From: Candidatus Muiribacteriota bacterium | Lineage (GTDB): Bacteria; Muiribacteriota; Muiribacteriia; Muiribacteriales; Muiribacteriaceae | NCBI GenBank assembly: GCA_051747805.1 | Contig: JBNJGP010000034.1 | Location: 13,212-27,760, forward strand | Direction: 5' to 3' | DNA: 14,549 bases | In this document: piece after piece, positions 7,168-14,549 of the stretch | How the letters are laid out: every line of letters starts with the position of its first letter | How positions within the stretch are numbered: the first letter of the stretch is position 1 | Position numbers and translations under genes: made by a program | Notes under the pieces: model-generated | The model's input: the letters and a program-made list of their open reading frames with translations, nothing else | The model's database searches: none | Told to the model about the DNA's origin: nothing

Positions 7168-7181
7168 TAAATTAAAATTAT

Positions 7182-7216
7182 AAAAAATGTACCCCGGCAC
7201 AAAACATAGCCGGGGT
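7182..7216 (-). terminator. Intrinsic terminator downstream of pgeF
   Basis: 8-bp GC stem ACCCCGGC (7191-7198)/GCCGGGGT (7209-7216), followed on the minus strand by ACATTTTTT. Confidence 0.7.
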
Positions 7217-7240
7217 GAAAGCAGGAGCAAAAGATAAAGA

Positions 7241-7918
7241 TTATATGCAGAAAATGAAGTTAAAAATTCTCCTCTCTTTATCATTACCCCTGTATGAATA
7301 CAAATTTAGATTAGATTTTGTGCAAAGATTAAAATCCATAATATTTTCTTTAATAACATTATTTTCTAAAAGTTGATTTATATTCTCTTTTTTTAAATCA
7401 AAATGAATTTTTTTAACTGTATCAATTTCATAACAGTTTTTACAAATTGCGGGGCCAATAAAAAAATAAAAATCATTAACATTTAACTTTTTTCCCTTTA
7501 AAATTTTCATAAGATTTATAGAGATTCCAAGTTCTGTTCCTTTTCTGCCAGCATGTAAAATTCCATAAATATTTTTTGATTTATGAAAGAAAAAAACAGG
7601 AACACAATCTGCCGTTTTTATAACAACAGGAAACTCAAGTTTTTCAAAAGCAATTAACCCATCACAATTTTTATAAAAAAATTTTTTTTTATCTATTTCT
7701 GAAATATAATTACCGTGAACCTGCTCTGAATGATAAAAATCTGTTATATTAAGATTTTTTTTAAAAGTATTTTTGTCCGAAATTACTTTTTTGGTGCTTC
7801 CGCAAAAAAATATGTTGCTTTCTATATAAAAATATTTGTTGTTTTCTTTTATTTTTAAAATATATTCCCTCCTTTTTAATAAAAAAATAAAAATGAGGTT
7901 AAAACTTGAGTTCGGCAA
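7241..7918 (-). CDS. pgeF: PgeF/YfiH-family protein (peptidoglycan editing factor / purine nucleoside phosphorylase); true start may be ATT at 7861
   Basis: EQVHG, DGL, TADCVPV, HAGRKG, IGPAICKNCYE, DLKKENINQL, CT...YSYR motifs with the His-Cys-His triad intact. Confidence 0.88.
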   Translation of the reverse strand: MPNSSFNLIFIFLLKRREYILKIKENNKYFYIESNIFFCGSTKKVISDKNTFKKNLNITDFYHSEQVHGNYISEIDKKKFFYKNCDGLIAFEKLEFPVVIKTADCVPVFFFHKSKNIYGILHAGRKGTELGISINLMKILKGKKLNVNDFYFFIGPAICKNCYEIDTVKKIHFDLKKENINQLLENNVIKENIMDFNLCTKSNLNLYSYRGNDKERRIFNFIFCI

Positions 7919-7921
7919 AAA

Positions 7922-8635
7922 TCAGAATTTTCTACCGGCACCACCACCACCAGTCATTCCACCCCCAAAACCGCCAACACCACCAGAAAAAGAGCCGCTT
8001 CCGCCATAACTTCCTCTACCCCGGGCCATCATCATATAAAGCAATAAAAAGGCAAGTCTTGGATTTATCATAAATAAAATTCCAAAAAAAATAAAAAAGA
8101 TTATAACGGCAAATAAAGGAATTTCTTCTCTCTGATTAACATCATCTGAAACACGAAAATTTCCAATCTCTTCAACCTGACCAAATATCATAGCCATTTT
8201 TATAAATGCTTCTGTGTATTTTTCTTGAGTATAAAGAGGTATAAATACTTCATCAAGAATTCTTCCTACTCTGCCATCTGGAAAATCACCCTCGGCACCA
8301 TAGCCTGTTTGAACATTTATTTCATTTTCTTCTGCATTTAAAACTACTAAAATCCCATTGTCTTCTCCGGATTTACCCGGCTGCCATTTATCAAATAATT
8401 CAACAGAAAATAAATTAATATCATTAACTCCATAATAATTATCAACAACGGCAAAAACAACTACATAATTCCCATTTTTATATATATAATTAAGAGCATG
8501 CTCAATTTCAATTTGTGCTGAAGATGAGAATTTACCTGTAAAATCATTGAAATAACCCTCATAATCAGGGAGACTTTCTACAGTAAATATTAAAATAAAA
8601 AACAAAGAGAAAAAAAATAGATATTTAAGCTTCAT
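7922..8635 (-). CDS. TPM domain membrane protein (YgcG-like) with Gly-rich tail
   Basis: N-terminal signal/TM, LFDKWQPGKSGEDNGILVVL, QTGYGAEGDFPDG, C-terminal TM and GGFGGGMTGGGGAGRKF. Confidence 0.92.
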   Translation of the reverse strand: MKLKYLFFFSLFFILIFTVESLPDYEGYFNDFTGKFSSSAQIEIEHALNYIYKNGNYVVVFAVVDNYYGVNDINLFSVELFDKWQPGKSGEDNGILVVLNAEENEINVQTGYGAEGDFPDGRVGRILDEVFIPLYTQEKYTEAFIKMAMIFGQVEEIGNFRVSDDVNQREEIPLFAVIIFFIFFGILFMINPRLAFLLLYMMMARGRGSYGGSGSFSGGVGGFGGGMTGGGGAGRKF

Positions 8636-9314
8636 ATTTATCTAATTTATCAGCAAGCTCTTTTATTTCATAATAAAGAGAGCTAATTATTTCATAATTT
8701 TTAATAAAGTTAAAAAATTTTATTTTATAATTCTTTAACTTCTTTATTGCATTCATCTCTATATCAAACTCTTTTTCTAACAACTCAATATTTTCATAAA
8801 ATGGAAGAAAAATATTTTTATCATCAGATATCAGGTTCGCACAATGCTTAATTAAAAAGCTTATACTTGTTTTCATTTCTTTTAAAATATTTACCATATT
8901 AGCCCTTCGTGCACCTTCAGAAAAAAGAACTCTCTGTATTATCTGGGCTTTTGACCTTAATTCATATTCAAGCTGATGTCTGTAATTACTGTTTTCAATT
9001 TTAACTTCCGAAAGAAGGTCCTGACCGAATATAACCCGTGAGTTTGATTTCATAGCATAATATTCAAGAGGGAAAACATCTGTTGAATAATAAAAATCTT
9101 TCTGTGAAAGAAAAACAACATCAAAAGCTTTAAGAAACTTTCCGGCCTCTTCTATAAAAGTAAGCTCAAGATTATATAAAACTACTGTAATAGAAGCATT
9201 TGCCGGGTTAAACATATCCTCTCCCCAGACAATTACAGAAGCTATATTCTGTTCAGTAAAAACTTTTTTAAGATTATTTAAAATTGCATTATAATTATTA
9301 ATTTTTTCTGACAT
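8625..9314 (-). CDS. Nucleotidyltransferase-fold-like protein of the type found beside TPM/LemA genes; catalytic motif appears eroded
   Basis: TDVFPLEY..M...SRVIFGQDLL and YRHQLEYELRSK resemble that family, recalled from memory; overlaps the TPM gene start by 11 nt. Confidence 0.6.
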   Translation of the reverse strand: MSEKINNYNAILNNLKKVFTEQNIASVIVWGEDMFNPANASITVVLYNLELTFIEEAGKFLKAFDVVFLSQKDFYYSTDVFPLEYYAMKSNSRVIFGQDLLSEVKIENSNYRHQLEYELRSKAQIIQRVLFSEGARRANMVNILKEMKTSISFLIKHCANLISDDKNIFLPFYENIELLEKEFDIEMNAIKKLKNYKIKFFNFIKNYEIISSLYYEIKELADKLDKYEA

Positions 9315-9434
9315 ATTCCTCCAAAGTATTTAACATCATTTTAAAAAACGATGGTAACATAAACATAATAAGAAAATAATAAATAAATGAAAAAAGACCG
9401 AATAATATACCAAAATTTTTATAAAACTTCCCCA

Positions 9435-11033
9435 TCATAAATGTCTACTCTGAAAATCCCTGAACTCAGCTGTATCTAAAAATATATTATCTTTTGTTTC
9501 CAGGTCGTAAACATACGAAGAATTTATATTTTTGTCTTTTATCATATCATAAATAGTATTAAATCTATTTATATGATTTTTAGTTCTTTTAACAGCATAT
9601 GGAACCATTGTTTCTGTTGTCATTATAAATGCCCAGTCTGAACTCTGTGCCAGAAAAACCTCTCTGGCCATCTGATTTAAAGCCCTTTCAAGAATTCCAT
9701 CTGCCTCTTCATGTTTATTTGCAAGCTCAATCATTCTTTCCTGCATTTTATGTAAATGTTTATATATCCAGTCATTAGTGCCATTAAGCCACACTTCGGA
9801 ATATCCTTTATCTCCCCATGTTGACATAGATGGTGTTGCCACCTGATTAACGGGGTTTTCTTTTAAATATTCATAAGGTGTTGTAAGTCCTAGAGATTTA
9901 GAATTTTTAGCCGTTTCTCTCAGAACGTGTTTTAAAAAAACAGGCCCTTCATACCACCAGTGGCCAAATAGTTCGGCATCGTATGGAGATACAACAACAG
10001 GCTTTTTTTCACCCATAATATCTGCAAGATATTCTACCTGTTTTTCGCGGTTAAAAACAAAATTTCTTGCATGTTCTTCTGCCTTTGCCTCTGCCACATC
10101 ATAATTATAAGGCTCTTTGTGTTTTGATTCTCCGGTAATTTTATAATATTTGATTCCTAAATTAGTTCTAATACCACCACCATGAAGATAAGGCTTTAAA
10201 TATTCATAATCCAGGTCAAATCCAATATCTCTATAGAATTCTCTATAATTAAAATCGCCCGGGTACCCTTCTTTTGAAGACCATACTGATTTTGAAGATT
10301 CAATATCACGTCCAAAGGCCGCTACTTTACTTTCACAGTAAATTGGAGCAAAAACCCCATACTTTGGCCTTGGATCTGAATAAAGTATCCCGTGAGCATC
10401 AGTAAAGAAAAACCTCAACCCATTTTTTTCAAGCAGACTGTCATCACCAGGATAATATCCGCATTCAGCATTCCATATGCCCCTGGGGTTCGTTCCAGTA
10501 TTTTTTCTAAAACATCTGACTGCCTGACGAAGCTGGGCGTTTTTAGCCTCTTTATTAACCATCAACGGGAAAAAACCATGTGTTGCAGAACAAGTTATCA
10601 GCTCAAGATTTCCCGCATAATGAAATTTTGCAAAAGCTGATACAATATTTTTATTATATTTTAAAAAAGTATCTCTGGATCTTTCAAACTTACTTAAATA
10701 CATTTTTGCAGTTTTATTGAATTCGGGTTGAAGTTTTGTTCTAACAACTTCTTTTTGAGCAAGTTCAATAAGCATATCAAGATGTCTTAAATATCTATTT
10801 TGAAGGAGTTCATCGGTAAGCATTTCCATAAGAGGCGGGGTGCATGACATTGTGAGTTTAAAATCTGTTCCCTCATCTTTTAATTCTTCAAACCCCTGAA
10901 TCAGCGGAATATATGTTTCCGTGATAGCCTCATATAACCAGTCTTCTTCTAAAAACCTATCATATTCAGGATGTCTCACAAATGGTAGATGGGCGTGTAA
11001 TGTTAATGCTAAATATCCTTTTTTATCGCTCAT
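9435..11033 (-). CDS. GH57 1,4-alpha-glucan branching enzyme (DUF1957-containing)
   Basis: LHAHLPFVRH, WLYEAITETYIPL, ATHGFFPL, GIWNAECGY (nucleophile Glu), YREFYRD, PYDAELFGHWWYEG (acid/base Asp), LAQSSDWAFI. Confidence 0.95.
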   Translation of the reverse strand: MSDKKGYLALTLHAHLPFVRHPEYDRFLEEDWLYEAITETYIPLIQGFEELKDEGTDFKLTMSCTPPLMEMLTDELLQNRYLRHLDMLIELAQKEVVRTKLQPEFNKTAKMYLSKFERSRDTFLKYNKNIVSAFAKFHYAGNLELITCSATHGFFPLMVNKEAKNAQLRQAVRCFRKNTGTNPRGIWNAECGYYPGDDSLLEKNGLRFFFTDAHGILYSDPRPKYGVFAPIYCESKVAAFGRDIESSKSVWSSKEGYPGDFNYREFYRDIGFDLDYEYLKPYLHGGGIRTNLGIKYYKITGESKHKEPYNYDVAEAKAEEHARNFVFNREKQVEYLADIMGEKKPVVVSPYDAELFGHWWYEGPVFLKHVLRETAKNSKSLGLTTPYEYLKENPVNQVATPSMSTWGDKGYSEVWLNGTNDWIYKHLHKMQERMIELANKHEEADGILERALNQMAREVFLAQSSDWAFIMTTETMVPYAVKRTKNHINRFNTIYDMIKDKNINSSYVYDLETKDNIFLDTAEFRDFQSRHL

Positions 11034-11051
11034 ATAAAACTCCTAAAAAAT

Positions 11052-11927
11052 TTATTTCGTCTTTTTTTCAACATCTATTTCTGCTTTCCTTTCATGCTTC
11101 CTGTTTTCTGAAAGGGCTTTTATTTCAAAGTTCTGTTTTCCATCTGGCAGCTCATATCTTAAAGTAAAACTACCATCCTCTCTCAGCTTTATTTCTTCAT
11201 CATTAATTTTTACTGTTGCAGAAGGAACAGTTTCTCCGTAAACAATTAATTCAGTCCCAACTTTAAACCAGAAACCTTCCTGGTCGGATTTTTCATCCTG
11301 TAAAGATTTTGAACCCATTGAAGAAACCACATCAGAGGAAAGATTCATCTCAGAAAAAAGCCTTTTAGTTATTTCACCCATTACCTGTGAAGAACCCTGA
11401 CCTATATTTTCTGAACCAGACATTTGAAGTATTTTTGAAAACTTTTCTTCAACCATCATCCACTGCTGATCAATATTCTGACTTATGCCTGCCCTTGGAG
11501 TTTTAATTTTATTTGATCTTGCAATTAAAATAAACTGACCGGAGGGGGTCAGTATTCCTAAATCCACGATGAAATCACGATTTGGATTCCCAGTATTAAT
11601 GTACCAGCTAGAGGAAAAAGGTTCTACTTGAATATCAAAATAACTAATAGAGTTTTCACCATTAAAATCAATATCAGTAACATCATGAACTCTTAATGCA
11701 CGTGTACACTCCTGAAATGAATCTCCAAGCATACTTTTTAAATCTTTTAACTTTTTTTCCTGAACTTCCCAGTAAACATGAATCCATAAAGGATCCCTTA
11801 CCATAGCTACAATTTTTGTATCTCCATAATTTTCAGGAAGATCTGCGGGTTTGTTTTCACTTGAAAACTTTTTTTCTGTTATTTTACCCTTAGGGCTTGA
11901 ACCAGTAAATCCAAAATCTTTTTCCAT
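11052..11927 (-). CDS. DUF4912 domain protein (common GH57 neighbour) with C-terminal Ig-like segment
   Basis: LPENYGDTKIVAMVRDPLWIHVYWE, LRVHDVT, WYI, IARSNKIKTPR, FWFKVGTELIVYGET...DGSF. Start reassigned to the ATG at 11927, which follows GGAGGA. Confidence 0.88.
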   Translation of the reverse strand: MEKDFGFTGSSPKGKITEKKFSSENKPADLPENYGDTKIVAMVRDPLWIHVYWEVQEKKLKDLKSMLGDSFQECTRALRVHDVTDIDFNGENSISYFDIQVEPFSSSWYINTGNPNRDFIVDLGILTPSGQFILIARSNKIKTPRAGISQNIDQQWMMVEEKFSKILQMSGSENIGQGSSQVMGEITKRLFSEMNLSSDVVSSMGSKSLQDEKSDQEGFWFKVGTELIVYGETVPSATVKINDEEIKLREDGSFTLRYELPDGKQNFEIKALSENRKHERKAEIDVEKKTK

Positions 11928-11991
11928 AATTCCTCCAACACAAAGTAAGTTTATAAAATAGTTACAAATTTCATTCCATTTATTAAAATAC

Positions 11992-12018
11992 AAGCCTGAA
12001 ATTAATTTCAACAGGCTT
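11992..12018. promoter_or_regulatory. Overlapping inverted repeats: terminator or operator upstream of DUF4912-GH57
   Basis: AAGCCTG (11992-11998)/CAGGCTT (12012-12018) overlapping the perfect 14-bp palindrome TGAAATTAATTTCA (11997-12010). Confidence 0.5.
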
Positions 12019-12081
12019 TTCCAAATTTTTATATAATTATGCTGATTAAATTGCTTAAATGTTAATCAAGTTTTTTAATTT

Positions 12082-12588
12082 TTAATCAATTTTTTTTCTT
12101 ATTATTTCGTTTTTAATAATTTTACCGTTTATTATTTCAATTAAACCATATGAAGTATAAGGGGCAAACGTTTCGTCTAGAAGACTGCCGGGATTTAACA
12201 TAAGAATTTTTTCCCGGTACTCATTATATGGATGATGAGAATGCCCGAACAAAATAATATCTGGCTTTTCCTTTTTTAAAATTTCATAGGCATTTTCAGG
12301 CGTCTGTGCTGGAGCCCCCGTAGAATGTGTTACCCCTATTTTCAAACCCTCTACCTCAATTATTTCAACTGAGTTTAAAATAGTTTCGAGACTTTCTCTA
12401 TCCATATTACCAAGAACAGCTATTAACTTTGAATCAAAAATTTCTTTCAATTCACTTAAAAAATCTATTCCATTAATATCACCACAATGAATTAAAAAGT
12501 CAACCTTACTTTTTAAATCTTTGAAAAAAAATCTTAAATCTGCTGACATAACGTTCTGATGTGTATCAGATATTATACCAATTTTCAT
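12082..12588 (-). CDS. YfcE/MJ0936-family calcineurin-like metallophosphoesterase
   Basis: ISDTH, HCGDI, GNMD, TH, FGHSH, NPGS motifs; start overlaps the end of the HD-GYP gene by 23 nt. Confidence 0.93.
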   Translation of the reverse strand: MKIGIISDTHQNVMSADLRFFFKDLKSKVDFLIHCGDINGIDFLSELKEIFDSKLIAVLGNMDRESLETILNSVEIIEVEGLKIGVTHSTGAPAQTPENAYEILKKEKPDIILFGHSHHPYNEYREKILMLNPGSLLDETFAPYTSYGLIEIINGKIIKNEIIRKKID

Positions 12589-14296
12589 TTTGTTCCCCTT
12601 CTTCTTTAATAATTTCTTTTATATACAAATTTTTCTCAAGTTTTAAATTTACTTCATCATCTTCGTTATTACCGAGAAAGATTTTAGGCTTCACCCAAAA
12701 ACCATTGTTTGTACCAGCAATTGAGGCCATTTTACCATTACTGAGCTTTACTTTTGTTCCGAGTGGGAAAAAGCCAACATGTTTTAAAAAAGAATGCATA
12801 AATCCCGAATCAAACTTTTCTGGTGTATTCGCTATCATATAATTTAAAGCCTTTTCGGGGGTGAATGCCTTTCTATAAGCTCTTGGAGATGTCAGCGCAT
12901 CATAAACATCCGCAATTGCAACAATCTTTGAATAATCCGTTAAGTCTTCTTTTTTCTGACCAAGATATCCAGAACCATCAAGTCTTTCATGGTGCTGCAA
13001 AGATACTGTTGCAATAATATCTTTTAAATCATCATTTTGTTTTAAAAGCTCAATACCTTCAAAAACATGATATTTCAACGACTCTCTTTCTTTTTTCTTT
13101 AACTTCCTTGTAGAATTCCAGAATTTATCTTTTAATTTTATCATTCCCACATCTGCAAGCAACGCCGAAATTCCAAGCTCACCAATTTTATTTGAGTCAT
13201 AATCAAGAAAAACTCCGGTTAAAACAGAAAGAATACAAACATTTAAAGCATGGGAGTATAAATAATTTTCCCCAGTAAAAATATTTCTTAATCTAGCAAC
13301 AAGGTCTCTATTATAAAAAATCTCGTCAATAAACGACGAAGTAATATTTTTCACCTTTTTGATATCCGGTACTTTGTTTTTTGTTATTTCATTAAAAATA
13401 TCTTCTACATGACTGTTTGCCTCAACATAATTTTTTTTAAACATTTCTACAGCTTCTTTAACATTTTTTACCTCAATATCGCTAGCACTATAAAAAACTT
13501 TTGTATCAGTTTTTGAAAGAGTTGAAAATACTGGTATTTTTATGTCAGGAATAACTTTTTTATTTTCTGAAGATTTATAATTTAATAATTTTTTAAGAAT
13601 ATTCAATCCTGATTTTATGGATTTATCCTCAAAGTCAAGATTATTTAACCTTTCCACAGTAAGCTTCATCATTTCACTGTCAAAGGATTTAAAAAATCGT
13701 GTTATGCTGTTTATTATCTGGGCCTCTCTTGTCTGACCTAATAGTTTCAGCATATAAATAATACTTTTGTTTTTGTCCGATAATTTTTCAATAATAAAAA
13801 TTGAGGATAAAACTAATTTTTTCTCTCCTGAAAATAGTAGTTTATGAAGAATTTCTTTTATTTCATTGTCAATTTCAAGTTTTTTACATTGTATTACAAG
13901 CTCGTTTAAAATACTCGGCTGATTAAACTTTTTAAACCCCAACTTAATTAGAGTGCTGAACTCAGGATGATTATTCTGAGATAATTGTCTTATTGTATAT
14001 ATAACTTCTTTAGGTTCGCTTTCTGAAGAAAAATCAAGAAATTTATTTTTTATTTTATCATTTATTGTTTTATCTGTTATCATTTTTTCTTTACTCTCTT
14101 TATTTACAACTTTGCTATGAGTATTTTTATCATCCATAATCTTGACTTTTTTAATTTTAAGCTCATTAAGCTTATTTTTCACCTCATCATTAACCTCTGT
14201 ATTTTTTGAGTAAATAATTGCGCCATTAAACAAAACCGGGAAAGCAATTATATCACCCATTTTCAAGTTCTCAACTTTTTTAGCCTTAACCTTCAA
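12566..14296 (-). CDS. HD-GYP domain protein with degenerate motifs and a long helical insert
   Basis: YSHALNV, LLADVGM, QHHERLDGSGYL, IVAIADVYDALTSPRAYR, FD, FPLGTKVKLSNG; TTG start after AGGGGG. Confidence 0.9.
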   Translation of the reverse strand: MKVKAKKVENLKMGDIIAFPVLFNGAIIYSKNTEVNDEVKNKLNELKIKKVKIMDDKNTHSKVVNKESKEKMITDKTINDKIKNKFLDFSSESEPKEVIYTIRQLSQNNHPEFSTLIKLGFKKFNQPSILNELVIQCKKLEIDNEIKEILHKLLFSGEKKLVLSSIFIIEKLSDKNKSIIYMLKLLGQTREAQIINSITRFFKSFDSEMMKLTVERLNNLDFEDKSIKSGLNILKKLLNYKSSENKKVIPDIKIPVFSTLSKTDTKVFYSASDIEVKNVKEAVEMFKKNYVEANSHVEDIFNEITKNKVPDIKKVKNITSSFIDEIFYNRDLVARLRNIFTGENYLYSHALNVCILSVLTGVFLDYDSNKIGELGISALLADVGMIKLKDKFWNSTRKLKKKERESLKYHVFEGIELLKQNDDLKDIIATVSLQHHERLDGSGYLGQKKEDLTDYSKIVAIADVYDALTSPRAYRKAFTPEKALNYMIANTPEKFDSGFMHSFLKHVGFFPLGTKVKLSNGKMASIAGTNNGFWVKPKIFLGNNEDDEVNLKLEKNLYIKEIIKEEGEQNENWYNI

Positions 14297-14369
14297 AGTT
14301 ACCCCCTAAAAAATTTCAGAATATAAAAATTTAATGCCTGATTATTCTCTATTTGGCAAATTTAATTTA

Positions 14370-14398
14370 ATTATAACTTTTTTTTTTATAATACGCAA
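14370..14398 (-). promoter_or_regulatory. Putative sigma70 promoter for the HD-GYP operon with an A10 tract in the spacer
   Basis: Minus strand TTGCGT (14398-14393)-N17-TATAAT (14375-14370); T10 on the + strand at 14378-14387. Confidence 0.55.
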
Positions 14399-14479
14399 AC
14401 TTATTAGCCAATTTAATTATAAAAGACTTTTTTGTCGTTTTAATTAAGTGAATAAAGCGAGTGGTCAGGCCGACATAAA

Positions 14480-14549
14480 AGTAAAAAGCTTTCAGCTTAG
14501 TAAAATCACCTAAAGGTGATAGTAAAGTTATCTAACGATAACAGTAAAG
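14480..14549. repeat. Multi-hairpin element, copy 2 (runs to the window edge; has an additional leading AGTAAA)
   Basis: AGTAAA at 14480, 14499, 14521 and 14543 separate the same three hairpins; 14483-14549 is identical to 7101-7167. Confidence 0.95.

Noticed and set aside
7930..8030. GC-rich (CCA)n-like repeats
   Set aside because: Explained by the Gly-rich tail that is normal for TPM proteins.
10392..11167. Plus-strand ORFs 10392-10640 and 10982-11167
   Set aside because: Antisense shadows of GH57 and DUF4912.
11928..12011. ORF-track N-terminal extensions of DUF4912 (likewise 6004-6024 for MscS and 2031-2039 for the pilin)
   Set aside because: Each has a downstream ATG with a strong SD, and the extensions run through the SD or other regulatory sequence.
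12561..12842. Plus-strand 93-aa ORF
   Set aside because: Antisense to the HD-GYP C-terminus.
14453..14476. TAAA...GCCGACAT as a sigma28 promoter driving the second hairpin array
   Set aside because: The spacer is 12 nt rather than 15-16, and copy 1 has no equivalent motif.

Overview
AT-rich bacterial chromosomal window, mostly housekeeping genes, with no integrase, transposase, phage or cas genes. In order: a BMC shell protein cut by the left edge (missed by the ORF track), acylphosphatase, an isolated flgB-flgC pair convergent with a type IV pilin-like gene (both with sigma28/SigD-like promoter motifs), a STAS anti-anti-sigma factor, tmRNA (ssrA, tag ADNDYALAA) directly behind ssb, ackA, an MscS channel and a membrane polyferredoxin with a fused CxxC tail. 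A minus-strand block follows; in transcription order it is degenerate HD-GYP, YfcE-type phosphoesterase, DUF4912, GH57 branching enzyme, nucleotidyltransferase-like protein, TPM protein, PgeF. The most unusual signal is a non-coding 67-bp element present twice, identically and in direct orientation (7101-7167 and 14483-14549, the second running to the window edge). It consists of perfect mini-hairpins joined by an invariant AGTAAA linker, with fully compensatory changes between hairpins 2 and 3. All family calls come from motif recognition by eye, not database searches.
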